From an uncultured Burkholderiaceae bacterium (GTDB taxonomy: Bacteria; Pseudomonadota; Gammaproteobacteria; Burkholderiales; Burkholderiaceae): 64,000 bases of DNA. A model generated the notes under the pieces. It was not told the DNA's origin. It searched no databases and saw only the letters and a list, made by a program, of their open reading frames with translations. The position numbers and the translations under genes were made by a program. Below, in pieces: positions 31,818-43,247 of the stretch (the stretch's first letter is position 1; every line of letters begins with the position of its first letter). The stretch covers positions 203 to 64,202 of the forward strand of contig CAXYYC010000010.1 of assembly GCA_964293815.1 (NCBI GenBank), given 5' to 3'.

Positions 31818-33026
31818 CTATTGAATTAAGGAAGTACGGATATACCCATGCGCCCATTCTCTAACCTGCGCATCAACGGCACAAACGGCCTCTAAACTGT
31901 TTGGCGCATCGGGACATAAGGCATTGAGTGCCTGCTCGTTGACCCGAGCAATGTCCAAAAAGGCGATTTTCTCGTCCAAAAAGGCCGCCACGGCCACTTC
32001 ATTGCTCGCATTGAGCACAATCGAGGCCGCACCGCCCGCGTTGAGTGCGTCAAACGCCAAGCGCAAATTGGCAAATTTATGCAAATCTGGCTCAAAAAAC
32101 GTCAGTTGCCCGACGCTGGCTAAGTTCAACAGATTCACGCCCGAACTCATCCGTGCCTGTTCTGGCGCGGCGTGTCCCAACGCATGGGCAATCGGTACAC
32201 GCATATCGGGATTCCCCAGCTGCGCCAAACTCGAACCATCGACATAATCCACCAGTGAATGAATCACACTCTGCGGATGAATCACCACATGAATGCGCTC
32301 TGCCGGTACGCCAAACAGCCAATGCGCCTCAATGACCTCCAAGCCTTTATTCATCATGGTCGCGGAGTCCACCGAAATCTTCCGCCCCATTTGCCAACGC
32401 GGATGCGCACATGCCTGATCCGGCGTGATGTCACGCAACTGCTCCATCGGCGTATGCAAAAACGGTCCGCCCGACGCAGTCAGGGTCAAACTCGCGACAC
32501 CGCGAGCATTCACACCGGTGATGGATTCGCCACACGGCGGCAAACATTGATACAGCGCGTTATGCTCGCTGTCAATCGGTAACAGCGTCGCACCATGCTC
32601 GGCGACCGCCTGCGTCATCAACGCACCGGCCATCACCAATGATTCTTTGTTCGCCAATAATAATTTTTTACCCGCGCGCGCCGCCGCCATCGTTGGCAGT
32701 AAACCCGCCGCACCGACAATCGCCGCCATCACCGTAGTCACTTCAGGCGCACTGGACACATCACACAGCGCTTGCACGCCGACCAAGACCTCGGTTTTAC
32801 AACTGGTCTGCTGCAAACGCGCCCGCACATCCCGCGCCACTGATTCATCCAAGACCACGGCATATTTCGGCTGAAACTGCACGCACTGCTTCACCAACAA
32901 TTCCGCCTGATGATTACCCGTCAGTGCAAATACCTCAAATTGCTCAGGATGACGCGCAACCACGTCCAAGGTTGAGCACCCAATCGAACCGGTCGCGCCC
33001 AATACCGTAATGACCTGTTTATTCAT
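31818..33026 (-). CDS. dxr: 1-deoxy-D-xylulose-5-phosphate reductoisomerase
   Basis: [16 protein letters not shown]..., LANKESLV and IHPQSVIHS. An alternative ATG is at 33035. Confidence 0.95.
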   Translation of the reverse strand: MNKQVITVLGATGSIGCSTLDVVARHPEQFEVFALTGNHQAELLVKQCVQFQPKYAVVLDESVARDVRARLQQTSCKTEVLVGVQALCDVSSAPEVTTVMAAIVGAAGLLPTMAAARAGKKLLLANKESLVMAGALMTQAVAEHGATLLPIDSEHNALYQCLPPCGESITGVNARGVASLTLTASGGPFLHTPMEQLRDITPDQACAHPRWQMGRKISVDSATMMNKGLEVIEAHWLFGVPAERIHVVIHPQSVIHSLVDYVDGSSLAQLGNPDMRVPIAHALGHAAPEQARMSSGVNLLNLASVGQLTFFEPDLHKFANLRLAFDALNAGGAASIVLNASNEVAVAAFLDEKIAFLDIARVNEQALNALCPDAPNSLEAVCAVDAQVREWAHGYIRTSLIQ

Positions 33027-33049
33027 AAAACCCATTCAATTCCAAACGA

Positions 33050-33886
33050 TTAACCACGGTGCATCGACAACCAACTGAGCAAAACGATCTGCAAAGGCAA
33101 CACCGGCAAAATCGCATCAATCCGATCCAAAATCCCACCATGACCGGGTAAACTGGCACCGCTGTCCTTCACGCCCGCGCAACGTTTCAGCCACGACTCA
33201 AACAAATCACCGATAATACTCTGATAGGTCAAGAAAAACGCCATGATCAGCACCACGCTGACCGAAATGCGCAAATCGGCAAAACCATCCGGTTTAAGCC
33301 ACAGCGCAATGACGGCCAAATAAATCGTCACGCCAACCCAAGCGCCCGCCGCGCCCTCAATCGTTTTACCTGGGCTGATGGATGGCGCCAGTTTGTGTTT
33401 ACCCAACGCGCGACCCGTGAAATACGCGGCAATATCCGCGATCCAAACCACGGCCAACAAGCCGAGCAAAAACCAGCCTTCTTGCGGTGATTGGCGAATG
33501 TACAAAAAACACAAACCGGCAGGCAGCAGCACCAATGCGCCGCACAGCATCAATACCCAGTGATTGACCACTTTCCAGCCAAAATACAACCACAGCGGCA
33601 CGATGAGCAGCCAAAAAGCCACCGAGACAAACATCACCATCGAAAACACCCAAGGATGATACCGATTGGCAAACGAAATCCACAGCAAAGCCAGCAAAAC
33701 CGGCATCAGCATGACATACAACGCCTTCGGAATCTGCGGCAACTTGGCCAAATTTGCCCATTCCGCCGCCGCCCACGCCATCAAAATACCCACACCGGCA
33801 AACCACACACGGTTCGGTGCGAAAAACACCATGCCGGCAAAAACGAGCAGCATAATAATGGCGGTGATGATGCGTTCTTTAAGCAT
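33050..33886 (-). CDS. cdsA: Phosphatidate cytidylyltransferase
   Basis: Signature ESWLKRCAGVKDSGASLPGHGGILDRID. The ATG at 33886 has GGAG 6 nt upstream. The ORF-track start at 33919 is TTG. Confidence 0.9.
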   Translation of the reverse strand: MLKERIITAIIMLLVFAGMVFFAPNRVWFAGVGILMAWAAAEWANLAKLPQIPKALYVMLMPVLLALLWISFANRYHPWVFSMVMFVSVAFWLLIVPLWLYFGWKVVNHWVLMLCGALVLLPAGLCFLYIRQSPQEGWFLLGLLAVVWIADIAAYFTGRALGKHKLAPSISPGKTIEGAAGAWVGVTIYLAVIALWLKPDGFADLRISVSVVLIMAFFLTYQSIIGDLFESWLKRCAGVKDSGASLPGHGGILDRIDAILPVLPLQIVLLSWLSMHRG

Positions 33887-33999
33887 CTCGTCTCCAATAA
33901 TTCTAAGGTTTCTGGTCAACTAAATAATCAGGCCAACTCCTTTGTCTATCCCTTAGCACGGGAGCCATCGGAATTGGCCGGTTGTATGAATCATTCGGT

Positions 34000-34809
34000 T
34001 TAGGCACTGATATTCTGCACCTGCGCACTGGTTCGACCGAAACGGCGTTCGCGCTGTTGGTACGAGCCGATCGCCTTAGCAAACTGCTCGCGGTCAAATT
34101 CCGGCCAATACACCGGCGTGAAATACAGCTCAGTATAAGCCAACTGCCACAGCAAGAAATTCGATACACGCGCCTCGCCGCCGGTGCGGATAAACAAATC
34201 CGGCTCCGGCAAATCGGATAACTGCAAATACGGGCGCAATTCGCTCTCTTCGACAAACGCATCAACCGCCGTGCCTTGACGCACACGCTCGGCCAACATT
34301 TGATTCATTGCATTCAAAATATCCCAACGACCACCGTAATTCGCACACACCGTCAGGGTCATGACCTCGCCATTCACCGTGGTATCGTGCGCTTGCTTAA
34401 TCAAGCCCTGAATCGTCTGATCAAACGCCTCCAGCGCACCAATCACCCGCAAGCGAATACCATTATCCGCTAAGGCTTTGATTTCACGGCGCAAACTGCG
34501 CATAAACAGTTTCATCAAAAAAGATACTTCGGTCGGCGGACGACGCCAGTTTTCTGAACTGAATGCAAACAAGGTCAAATGACGCACGCCCATATCCACG
34601 CACGCGCGCACCACTTCACGCACCATTTGCACGCCGCGCTTGTGCCCCCAAACACGAGGTAAGCCGCGCGAGGTAGCCCAGCGACCATTGCCATCCATGA
34701 TGATAGCGATGTGTTGCGGAATCTCGCCGACCTCAGGAACCGCTTGGGTACTGCTAACCGCTGAAATAGCTGAGGCTGGCGCGATGGATGAAGGGGACTG
34801 TGTACTCAT
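34000..34809 (-). CDS. uppS: Undecaprenyl diphosphate synthase
   Basis: HIAIIMDGNGRWA and RTGGEARVSNFLLWQLAYTELYF. It has a roughly 30-aa Ser/Ala-rich N-terminal extension. Confidence 0.93.
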   Translation of the reverse strand: MSTQSPSSIAPASAISAVSSTQAVPEVGEIPQHIAIIMDGNGRWATSRGLPRVWGHKRGVQMVREVVRACVDMGVRHLTLFAFSSENWRRPPTEVSFLMKLFMRSLRREIKALADNGIRLRVIGALEAFDQTIQGLIKQAHDTTVNGEVMTLTVCANYGGRWDILNAMNQMLAERVRQGTAVDAFVEESELRPYLQLSDLPEPDLFIRTGGEARVSNFLLWQLAYTELYFTPVYWPEFDREQFAKAIGSYQQRERRFGRTSAQVQNISA

Positions 34810-34942
34810 AATATTTTCTGCTCAATAATCCAACGCAGTGTAACCACGCGGATGGGACATTGTGACAATGGATGTCGCTGACGCAAACTGTGCGCAAAAC
34901 CTGACTCGCGCCAACGCGCAAGCCTCGTGCGCACCAGAGTGC

Positions 34943-35503
34943 TTAAACCGTCATGATGTCGGCTTCTTTTTGCGTCACCAGTTTGTCCACTTCCGCCACA
35001 AATTTATCGGTCATTTTTTGCACGTCATCCTGCGCACGACGCTCATCGTCCTCAGAGATGTCTTTGTCTTTCAACATTTTTTTCAGATGTTCGTTCGCGT
35101 CACGGCGGATATTACGCACGGCGATTTTGGCATTTTCGCCTTCGTGTTTGACCACTTTAACCAATTCTTTGCGGCGCTCTTCAGTCAAAGCCGGCATCGG
35201 CACACGAATCAAATCGCCCATAGACGCAGGATTCAGACCCAAATCAGACTCACGAATCGCCTTCTCAACCGGCGCGATCATATTCTTTTCCCACGGCTGC
35301 ACGCCGATGGTGCGCGCGTCAATCAAGGTTAAATTGGCCACTTGTGACAACGGCGTTGGCGAACCGTAGTAATCAACGTGCACTTGATCGAGCAAACTTG
35401 GATGCGCGCGACCGGTGCGCACTTTGCTCAAATCATGCTTGAGCGACTCGATGGATTTTTGCATTTTTTGATCTGCTTGTTGCTTCACGTCAGAAACCGA
35501 CAT
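34943..35503 (-). CDS. frr: Ribosome recycling factor
   Basis: 186 aa, typical RRF sequence ([12 protein letters not shown]...[10 protein letters not shown]). AAGGAG lies upstream. Confidence 0.97.
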   Translation of the reverse strand: MSVSDVKQQADQKMQKSIESLKHDLSKVRTGRAHPSLLDQVHVDYYGSPTPLSQVANLTLIDARTIGVQPWEKNMIAPVEKAIRESDLGLNPASMGDLIRVPMPALTEERRKELVKVVKHEGENAKIAVRNIRRDANEHLKKMLKDKDISEDDERRAQDDVQKMTDKFVAEVDKLVTQKEADIMTV

Positions 35504-35654
35504 ACATTACTCCTTGTATTTAAACTTGATCGTTGTGCTGGCATACGCCGATGATTTCCCTGAGTTTTTGGTAAGCATCATTTAGGCGTAAAAACTGTGT
35601 CATTTTACTTCATTTTTCAAATGGAAACGTTAGAAAAGCGCCCTCCAGCGGCGA

Positions 35655-35683
35655 TAAAAAACGCGAGACTTTCGCCTCGCGTT
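35655..35683 (-). terminator. Rho-independent terminator of gcdH (copy 1)
   Basis: - strand: AACGCGAG-GCGAAAGT-CTCGCGTT followed by TTTTTAT. Confidence 0.75.
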
Positions 35684-35705
35684 GCGCTTTCCTTGGCACC
35701 AGAAT

Positions 35706-36893
35706 TTAGAAAAATGCCTGAATCCCTGTCTGCGCACGCCCCAAAATCAAGGCGTGAATATCGTGCGTGCCTTCGTAGGTGTTGACCACTTCGAGATTGA
35801 CCAAATGACGCGCCACGTTAAACTCATCCGAAATACCGTTGCCGCCGAGCATATCGCGCGCCAGACGCGCGACATCCAGCGCCTTACCGCACGAATTGCG
35901 CTTCATCATCGAGGTGATTTCCACCGCTGCCGTACCCGCCTCTTTCATGCGTCCCAGACGCAAGCAGCCTTGCAAGCCCAGCGTGATTTCAGTCTGCATA
36001 TCCGCCAATTTCTTTTGAATCAATTGGTTAGCGGCCAAAGGACGACCAAACTGTTGACGATCGAGGACATATTGTCGTGCCGTGTGCCAGCAATTCGTCG
36101 CCGCGCCCAACGCACCCCATGCAATACCGTAGCGCGCCGAATTCAGACAGGTAAATGGTCCTTTTAAGCCACGCACATCAGGAAAGGCATTTTCAGCGGG
36201 GACAAATACTTCGTCCATTACGATTTCACCCGTAATGGAAGCGCGCAGGCCGACTTTGCCATGAATCGCAGGCGCAGACAGCCCTTTCATGCCTGTTTCG
36301 AGGACAAAACCGCGAATCTCGCCCGCATCGTCTTTCGCCCAAACCACAAAAACATCGGCAATCGGCGAATTGGTAATCCACATTTTATTACCGGTCAGCG
36401 AAAAACCGCCATCCACCGCACGCGCGCGCGTAATCATGCTGCCCGGATCAGAACCGTGGTTCGGTTCGGTCAAGCCAAAGCAACCAATCCATTCGCCGCT
36501 GGCTAATTTTGGCAAATACTTTTGTTTCTGCGCTTCAGTGCCAAACGTGGCAATCGGCAACATCACCAACGAGCTTTGCACACTCATCATGGAGCGATAA
36601 CCCGAATCAACCTGCTCCACCGCGTAGGCGATCAGCCCGTAGCACACATCGTTCAAACCCGAACCACCGTACTGCGTATCAATGGTCGCACCGAGCAAGC
36701 CCAGTTCACCCATTTCCTTGAAAATCGCAGGATCGGTGGATTCATTGCGAAACGCATCACGCACACGCGGCGCGAGTTTTTCCTGCGCATACGCGGTCGC
36801 GGTGTCCAGCACCATGCGCTCTTCGTCAGAGAGTTGTTCGCGCAAAAGCAGAGGATCGTCCCAGATAAAGCTGGCTTTGGTGGTAGCAGTCAT
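35706..36893 (-). CDS. gcdH: Glutaryl-CoA dehydrogenase (copy 1)
   Basis: Acyl-CoA dehydrogenase fold with GCDH-typical [33 protein letters not shown] and [19 protein letters not shown]. The ATG at 36893 is preferred over the ORF-track start at 36971. Confidence 0.93.
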   Translation of the reverse strand: MTATTKASFIWDDPLLLREQLSDEERMVLDTATAYAQEKLAPRVRDAFRNESTDPAIFKEMGELGLLGATIDTQYGGSGLNDVCYGLIAYAVEQVDSGYRSMMSVQSSLVMLPIATFGTEAQKQKYLPKLASGEWIGCFGLTEPNHGSDPGSMITRARAVDGGFSLTGNKMWITNSPIADVFVVWAKDDAGEIRGFVLETGMKGLSAPAIHGKVGLRASITGEIVMDEVFVPAENAFPDVRGLKGPFTCLNSARYGIAWGALGAATNCWHTARQYVLDRQQFGRPLAANQLIQKKLADMQTEITLGLQGCLRLGRMKEAGTAAVEITSMMKRNSCGKALDVARLARDMLGGNGISDEFNVARHLVNLEVVNTYEGTHDIHALILGRAQTGIQAFF

Positions 36894-37008
36894 ATAGGCC
36901 TTTTTCAACACGTTAGAAAAATGAAAATTGTATTTATCATCAGCCAAAATGCCCGCGAACGCAAGCACCACTTAAATCGACACATTCAACCACTGATGAT
37001 GCCAACCC

Positions 37009-38100
37009 TCAAAATAGCGCGACATACTGCAACAGCAATTTTTCAATCCACGAGCGGATATTCAGCGGATGATCGGCTGTGCGCTTTTCCTGCGCCAATT
37101 GCTGGGTAAAAGCGTGTAATTTCAGCAAAAATCCGTGATCGTGCGTTTGGGTGAGTTTGTGTAATGCGGCTTGTGCCTTAGGGTAATAGCGCGGTGCAGC
37201 ACCGTTTTGCGCCACAATCGCTAAATCGTACAACCAGCGTTGCAACCACGTCATCAGCGCGAGCATGTCAACCGTGCGTTGCTCTTCTCCGGCCAATCGC
37301 GCCTTGTTCGCATCACTGATGTGTTTGTCAAACGTGGCCGCCGTGCCCACCACGTCCAGACGCGCGCCTTGCGCGAGCACTTGTATCCATGTGTGCTGAA
37401 TCGCAAAGTAATCGGTGTCGATCAATTCGGCCACGCGCATCACCGCGCCGTTTTCCTGTTGCACATATTCCGCCCAGTTCGGATTGGGCTTGAGCGCGTT
37501 CAAATACGCCAATGCAGCCTCAACTGATGGCGCGGGCGCGTTGACCAATTGACAGCGGCTAACGATGGTCGGCAATAATTGCCGCACATCGTGCGCCAGT
37601 AAAATAAATACGGTGTTCGCAGGCGGCTCTTCCAGCGTTTTCAGCAGCGCATTGGCCGCATTGCGATTGAGTTTATGCGCCGGATACAGCACCACCACGC
37701 GCTGACCGCCGCGATGACTGGTCTGATTGACCATATTATCCAGTGCGCGAATATCATCAATCGTGATTTCTTTGGACGGCTTTTCGGGGCGCAACTCCTC
37801 AATCGGATGCGCCGTATTCATGATGCTCGGACGCAGGACTCGATAATCGGGGTGGCTAAACGCGGCCAGCAAGTCACAAGCTGCGCACTGCCCGCACGCG
37901 TGATGCTCGGCGGTCGGCGTGTCGCACAACACACTGGCGGCCATCGCCTGCACCAATTGCTCACCGCCGGTATCCTCCGGCGCAATCACCAGATACGCAT
38001 GTGCCGCGCGCGGGGAGTGCTGGCGCGCAACCCATTGCTGAAAAACCGTTTGGTGCCAACTCAATGGCGTGGGAACACTCTGCGTCATATCGTCTATCAC
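37009..38100 (-). CDS. holB: DNA polymerase III delta-prime subunit
   Basis: AAA+-like clamp-loader subunit (HAYLV..., zinc-module Cys cluster CGQCAACDL, LKTLEEPP, SRCQ) directly after tmk. The GTG at 38100 overlaps the tmk stop. An alternative ATG is at 38088. Confidence 0.8.
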   Translation of the reverse strand: MIDDMTQSVPTPLSWHQTVFQQWVARQHSPRAAHAYLVIAPEDTGGEQLVQAMAASVLCDTPTAEHHACGQCAACDLLAAFSHPDYRVLRPSIMNTAHPIEELRPEKPSKEITIDDIRALDNMVNQTSHRGGQRVVVLYPAHKLNRNAANALLKTLEEPPANTVFILLAHDVRQLLPTIVSRCQLVNAPAPSVEAALAYLNALKPNPNWAEYVQQENGAVMRVAELIDTDYFAIQHTWIQVLAQGARLDVVGTAATFDKHISDANKARLAGEEQRTVDMLALMTWLQRWLYDLAIVAQNGAAPRYYPKAQAALHKLTQTHDHGFLLKLHAFTQQLAQEKRTADHPLNIRSWIEKLLLQYVALF

Positions 38101-38765
38101 TATTCAATCATCGCCAACTGCAAGTGTGGCCGCGCCACAATCGCCGCACGAATCTGTGCTTTCACCTCGTCCAACGAGCGCGTGCTATCGATCACCGCCA
38201 TGCGTTGCGGTGCTTGTTCGGCGCGTTGCAGATAGGCGTCACGGGTGCGTTTAAAAAACTCAAACGACTCTTGCTCAAATTTATCCAAGCTTTCCTGCGT
38301 CTGCGCCGCGCGTTGGCTCACGCGCGTGCGTGCGACTTCCAACGGTACGTCGAATAGCAGCGTGAAATCCGGTTGCAAATCACCTTGCACCCAATATTCC
38401 AACTGCGTGATTTTATCAAATGCCACACCGCGCCCGCCGCCCTGATAGGCAAACGTCGCATCGGTGAAGCGATCAGAAATCACCACCTCGCCCCGCGCCA
38501 GCGCGGGCGCAATCACCTGCGCAATATGCTCACGCCGTGCGGCAAACATCAGCAAGGTTTCGGTTTCCAAATCCATGGTTTCATGCAGCAGTAACTCACG
38601 CAAACGCTCGCCCAACGGCGTACCGCCCGGCTCACGGGTCAATACGGTGGTGCGCTGTGCGGCAATTTGCTCGGCCAACCACGCCATCGCCGTGGATTTG
38701 CCCGCGCCATCCACACCCTCTACGGTGATGAATAAACCTTGTTTGCTCGAATCGTTCATGCTCAT
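38100..38765 (-). CDS. tmk: Thymidylate kinase
   Basis: P-loop [14 protein letters not shown] and a DRF motif. There is an ATGA overlap with the mltG stop. Confidence 0.93.
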   Translation of the reverse strand: MSMNDSSKQGLFITVEGVDGAGKSTAMAWLAEQIAAQRTTVLTREPGGTPLGERLRELLLHETMDLETETLLMFAARREHIAQVIAPALARGEVVISDRFTDATFAYQGGGRGVAFDKITQLEYWVQGDLQPDFTLLFDVPLEVARTRVSQRAAQTQESLDKFEQESFEFFKRTRDAYLQRAEQAPQRMAVIDSTRSLDEVKAQIRAAIVARPHLQLAMIE

Positions 38766-39775
38766 TGTTTCAAAATATATTTGCGTACCGCCGCATTGTG
38801 ATCGGCCAAATTATTGGTGAACACACTGCTGCCATCACCCTTACCAACGAAAAACAGCACATCACTATCCGCTGGCAAAAATGCCGCGTTGAGCGAGGCT
38901 TGGCTCGCAGTGGCAATCGGCGTTGGTGGTAAACCACGGCGGGTGTAGGTGTTGTACGGCGTATCGGTGCGCATCATGACCGTGGTCAAATCGCCTTTGA
39001 ACGCTTCTCCGACACCATAAATTACCGTCGGATCCGTCTGCAACGGCATCCCTTTTCTCATGCGATTGACGAACACCGCCGCGACCATCGGCCGATCAGC
39101 GTCCAAGCCCGTTTCCTTCTCCACGATGGAGGCCATAATCAGCGCTTCATACGGTGTGTTATACGGTAAATTCGGCGAATGCTTCGGCCACAATTCCGCT
39201 ACTTTTTTGTTCAACAAATCATGCGCGCGCTTGAGTACGGTGGTTTCTTTTTCGCCCTTGCGGTACAAATAGGTATCGGGGAAAATCAGCCCTTCGATGC
39301 TTTTTGCATCCGTCGGCTCGGTGATACCGACCGCTTTGACCAAATCCGCATCATTCAAATCCTGCGCATCATGCTGTAAATCCGCTTTGGCGAACGCTTG
39401 CTTGATCTCGCGCCACGTCACGCCCTCGGCAATGCGGATGCGACGTTGCGTGATTTGCCCTTTGGACAGGCGCGTGAGTAATTGGCTCAACGTCGCTTTG
39501 CTGTCAAACTCGTATTCGCCCATTTTGTAATCATTGGAACGCATGGTCAGCCACGCCAACAATTTGACCTGAAAGGCACTGAGTTTGCCGCCATTAGCCT
39601 GCGAGATTTTGCCCAACTGATCGTATGCCGACTGCGCCGCCTCACCGCGCTCCAAGTAAATGCTCTGCGGCTCGGTCATCGTCGGCGCGATGGGCGCAGA
39701 TAGGCGCATATTCGCCCAGATCGCAAAAATTATCAGCAGTACAGCCACGCCCAGTAAACGTTTGAACCATTTCAT
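38762..39775 (-). CDS. mltG: Endolytic murein transglycosylase MltG (YceG family)
   Basis: N-terminal TM anchor and YceG-like core (ASIVEKETG...[21 protein letters not shown]). Confidence 0.9.
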   Translation of the reverse strand: MKWFKRLLGVAVLLIIFAIWANMRLSAPIAPTMTEPQSIYLERGEAAQSAYDQLGKISQANGGKLSAFQVKLLAWLTMRSNDYKMGEYEFDSKATLSQLLTRLSKGQITQRRIRIAEGVTWREIKQAFAKADLQHDAQDLNDADLVKAVGITEPTDAKSIEGLIFPDTYLYRKGEKETTVLKRAHDLLNKKVAELWPKHSPNLPYNTPYEALIMASIVEKETGLDADRPMVAAVFVNRMRKGMPLQTDPTVIYGVGEAFKGDLTTVMMRTDTPYNTYTRRGLPPTPIATASQASLNAAFLPADSDVLFFVGKGDGSSVFTNNLADHNAAVRKYILKQ

Positions 39776-39878
39776 CGATATATCTACCTCATTGTTTGAT
39801 CGCCCAAAGGGGATGTTTTATATGACAAGCCTCATTTTAAAGAACTTATCGCCTGCACATCGCGTTTTTCGAGATTTA

Positions 39879-40499
39879 TTACACCGTCACCATCAACATG
39901 GCCTCATCGGGATGCAGCCAATGCGGCTGCTGTCGTATCGCGGCCAACCAGCGCGCGATATGCGGATAATCCAGCACATCCACATCAATTTGATCCAGCC
40001 AAAATAAATACGCCGCGCAACTGATATCAGCAATCGAAAAACCCGAAGAGACTAAATAGTCTGATCGCGACAAAGTACGATTCAAACTATCCAAATCAGC
40101 CAAAACGCGCCGACGCAGATAATCCAACACCGGCGCAGGCTGCGGCGACCAAAGCGTGGCAAAACGCAAATTCGGCACGCTAAAGCCAACCCGATTGGCC
40201 TCCCACGCCAACCACTCGACAATCGCCAGCCAATCCGCTTGCGTTGTACCGCACAACTTCTGCGTTTTCTGCGCCAAGTACTGCAAAATGGCGTTCGACT
40301 GGCACAAAGCGTGCGCCTCATCCAACAAAACCGGTACTTCGCCAAATTTGCTTGACTGCGCGAATAGCGCGCCGCGTTCGGCTGGAGGCAAAGTCAAATC
40401 GACCCAACGATACTCATGAGCAGTCTGCGTCAGCAATAAAAACAAACGCACTTTGTACGAATGCCCTGAATCAGTACTGCCGAATAAAGTCATTGTCAT
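39879..40499 (-). CDS. Glutathione S-transferase family protein
   Basis: 206 aa. Thioredoxin-like N-domain (GEVPVLLDEAHALCQSNAILQYL) and a helical C-domain. Confidence 0.75.
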   Translation of the reverse strand: MTMTLFGSTDSGHSYKVRLFLLLTQTAHEYRWVDLTLPPAERGALFAQSSKFGEVPVLLDEAHALCQSNAILQYLAQKTQKLCGTTQADWLAIVEWLAWEANRVGFSVPNLRFATLWSPQPAPVLDYLRRRVLADLDSLNRTLSRSDYLVSSGFSIADISCAAYLFWLDQIDVDVLDYPHIARWLAAIRQQPHWLHPDEAMLMVTV

Positions 40500-40555
40500 G
40501 GCGTGGTTCCGTATTGCAGCGCTTAATAATATTCAGCCCGATGTTCAACCCAACG

Positions 40556-41740
40556 TTAAATCTGACGCTCAACCGCCAGCGCCACGCCCATACCGCCACC
40601 GATACACAGTGAAGCCAAGCCTTTTTTCGCGTCGCGCTTGCCCATTTCGTGCAACAACGAGACCAAAATTCGACAGCCGGATGCGCCAATCGGATGACCG
40701 AGCGCAATCGCGCCGCCATTCACGTTGATCTTATCGGTGTTCCAACCCATTTCCTGATTCACTGCGGCAGCTTGTGCGGCGAATGCTTCGTTGATTTCCA
40801 TCAAATCGACTTGCTCCGCAGTCCAACCGGCTTTGTCCAATGCCTTGCGCGACGCATATACTGGTCCCATGCCCATGATCGCAGGGTCAATTGCCGCACT
40901 GGCAAAAGCGGTGATCGTGGCCAAAGGCGTCAATCCCAATTCTTTCGCCTTATCCGCGCTCATGACCATCACCGCCGCCGCGCCGTCGTTGATGCCCGAT
41001 GCGTTGCCTGCCGTGACCGTTCCGGCTTTATCAAAAGCGGGACGCAATGCGCTCAAACTCTCTGCATTGGTTTTGCGGTTGATGTATTCATCGGTATCAA
41101 ATACCAACGGATCGCCTTTGCGCTGTGGAATCAGAACAGGGACGATTTCATTTTTGAATGCACCTGCATCTTGCGCCGCAATGGCTTTTTGCTGAGACGC
41201 CAGTGCAAAGGCGTCTTGCGCCTCACGGCTGATGGCGTATTTTTTCGCCACGTTTTCCGCCGTAATACCCATGTGGTAGTTATTGAACGCATCCCACAAT
41301 CCGTCATTAATCATGGTGTCAACCAGCGCCGCATTGCCCATGCGGAATCCGTCGCGCGAGTTCGGTAATACATGCGCCGACGCACTCATATTCTCTTGCC
41401 CACCCGCAATGATGATGTCCGCGTCACCACAGGCAATCGCTTGTGCGGCAAGCATGACGGCTTTCAGCCCCGAGCCGCAGACTTTGTTGATGGTCATTGC
41501 GGACACGCTGTCAGGTAAACCGGCTTTAATCACCGCTTGGCGCGCGGGATTTTGCCCAGCACCAGCGGTGAGCACTTGCCCCAAAATCACTTCGTCAATA
41601 GCTTCGCCAGCCACGCCCGTTTCTGCCAAAAGCGCCTTAATTACGGTTGCGCCCAATTCTGGCGCAGAAACTTTTGCCAAAGAGCCGCCGAATTTACCAA
41701 TCGCCGTGCGTTTCGCGGCGACAATTACTGCTTCTTTCAT
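40556..41740 (-). CDS. Acetyl-CoA C-acetyltransferase (thiolase II)
   Basis: [12 protein letters not shown] (active-site Cys), [17 protein letters not shown] and [13 protein letters not shown]. Confidence 0.93.
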   Translation of the reverse strand: MKEAVIVAAKRTAIGKFGGSLAKVSAPELGATVIKALLAETGVAGEAIDEVILGQVLTAGAGQNPARQAVIKAGLPDSVSAMTINKVCGSGLKAVMLAAQAIACGDADIIIAGGQENMSASAHVLPNSRDGFRMGNAALVDTMINDGLWDAFNNYHMGITAENVAKKYAISREAQDAFALASQQKAIAAQDAGAFKNEIVPVLIPQRKGDPLVFDTDEYINRKTNAESLSALRPAFDKAGTVTAGNASGINDGAAAVMVMSADKAKELGLTPLATITAFASAAIDPAIMGMGPVYASRKALDKAGWTAEQVDLMEINEAFAAQAAAVNQEMGWNTDKINVNGGAIALGHPIGASGCRILVSLLHEMGKRDAKKGLASLCIGGGMGVALAVERQI

Positions 41741-41747
41741 ATAGACC

Positions 41748-43166
41748 TCACTTCATTAAAAATTTCATAATTTGATCAAATCGTTTGCCATACGGTGGCG
41801 CAAGCAATGCCGCCGCGCTCCAGCGGGCTTGATGAAACACGGGGCGCAATTTACTGAAGGTCAAAAAGCCTTCGTAGCCATGATAATGCCCCATACCGCT
41901 CGCCCCCACGCCGCCGAACGGCATATCGGTCTGCACCACGTGCAACAGTGTATCATTCACACTCACACCACCCGAAATGATGTATTTGAGTAAATAATCC
42001 AATTGCTTTTCATCATGGGTAAATGGATAAAAAGCCAACGGTCGCGGGCGAGCATTGATGTCCTCCACCACCTGCGACAATTCCGTATAGGCAATGATCG
42101 GTAAAATCGGGCCAAAAATTTCACGCGTCATCAGTTCAATATCATTCGGCGCATCCAGCACCAACTGCGGTGTGATTTTTCGCGTCGCCGCATCGGATGT
42201 TTCCCCATCAAATAACGGAATCACTCGCGCACCGGCGGCTTTCGCCTCATCCAGCGCGTGCGTAAGTCGCGCAAATGATTTGGCATCAATAATCGCCGTG
42301 TAATCCGTCGAATCTTTACCGCTATAGCGTTTTTGCACCACATCGCGCGCCATTTGCACAAAGGCATCGACTTTATGCGCGGGCACATACACATGATCGA
42401 CCGTCACGCAGATTTGCCCCGCGTTCAAGCATTTGGCATACATGATGCGCTCGACCGCTGTTTTCAGGTCAAAATCATCCAATACGATTGCCGGCGATTT
42501 ACCGCCCAACTCCAAAGTCACGGGACACAAATTCTGCGCCGCTGCCGCCATCACCGCGCTACCGGTTTGCCCAGACCCTGTGAAGATCAAGTGGTCAAAC
42601 GGCTGTTTGGAAAATGCTTGCCCCGCGCCTTCTTCGCCGTCAATGAAACACAACTTCTCAGGCGGAAAGTATTTGCCCAATTGCTCGCTCAATAATCGTG
42701 TCAAATGCCGCGAATTTTCCGACATTTTAATCATGGCGCGATTACCTGCGCCAAAAATATTAATCAACGGACCCAACGACAAAAACAGTGGAAAATTCCA
42801 CGGCACAATCACGCCCACCACACCGAGCGGCTGCGCCATCACCCGATTTTTTGCACCAAAAAAGCTTTTCAAATCCACGCCGCGACGTTGTGGCTTCATC
42901 CATGATTTCAAATGCTTTTTGACGTGCGCGATTTCATTGAGCGACGGTAAAATTTCTGACAACATCGTTTCGTGAAACGAGCGATTGCCAAAATCCTGAT
43001 TGATCGCTTCGCAAATTGCCTGCTGCTGTTCACGCAAAAATTGCGCCAAATGATTTAGGTCTGCAATACGCTCATCATAACTCGGCACGGGGTATTTAAA
43101 ATACGTTGCACGCTGTGCCAAAAAAGCCTGATGAATGCGCTGCTCAAGGTTTTGATCCATACTCAT
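41748..43166 (-). CDS. NAD(P)-dependent aldehyde dehydrogenase (coniferyl-aldehyde-DH-like/ALDH3 type)
   Basis: [16 protein letters not shown] and a catalytic-Cys region (CLNAGQICV). The start is uncertain: TTG at 43199, or ATGs at 43172, 43166 and 43160. 43166 has GGAG at a suitable distance. Confidence 0.88.
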   Translation of the reverse strand: MSMDQNLEQRIHQAFLAQRATYFKYPVPSYDERIADLNHLAQFLREQQQAICEAINQDFGNRSFHETMLSEILPSLNEIAHVKKHLKSWMKPQRRGVDLKSFFGAKNRVMAQPLGVVGVIVPWNFPLFLSLGPLINIFGAGNRAMIKMSENSRHLTRLLSEQLGKYFPPEKLCFIDGEEGAGQAFSKQPFDHLIFTGSGQTGSAVMAAAAQNLCPVTLELGGKSPAIVLDDFDLKTAVERIMYAKCLNAGQICVTVDHVYVPAHKVDAFVQMARDVVQKRYSGKDSTDYTAIIDAKSFARLTHALDEAKAAGARVIPLFDGETSDAATRKITPQLVLDAPNDIELMTREIFGPILPIIAYTELSQVVEDINARPRPLAFYPFTHDEKQLDYLLKYIISGGVSVNDTLLHVVQTDMPFGGVGASGMGHYHGYEGFLTFSKLRPVFHQARWSAAALLAPPYGKRFDQIMKFLMK

Positions 43167-43247
43167 GTCCATGTCTCCAAATGACTCGACGCCATACAAG
43201 CATTTTCATGCTGTTTCGCCGAGGCGTTGGGTTGCGGTTTACAGAAT

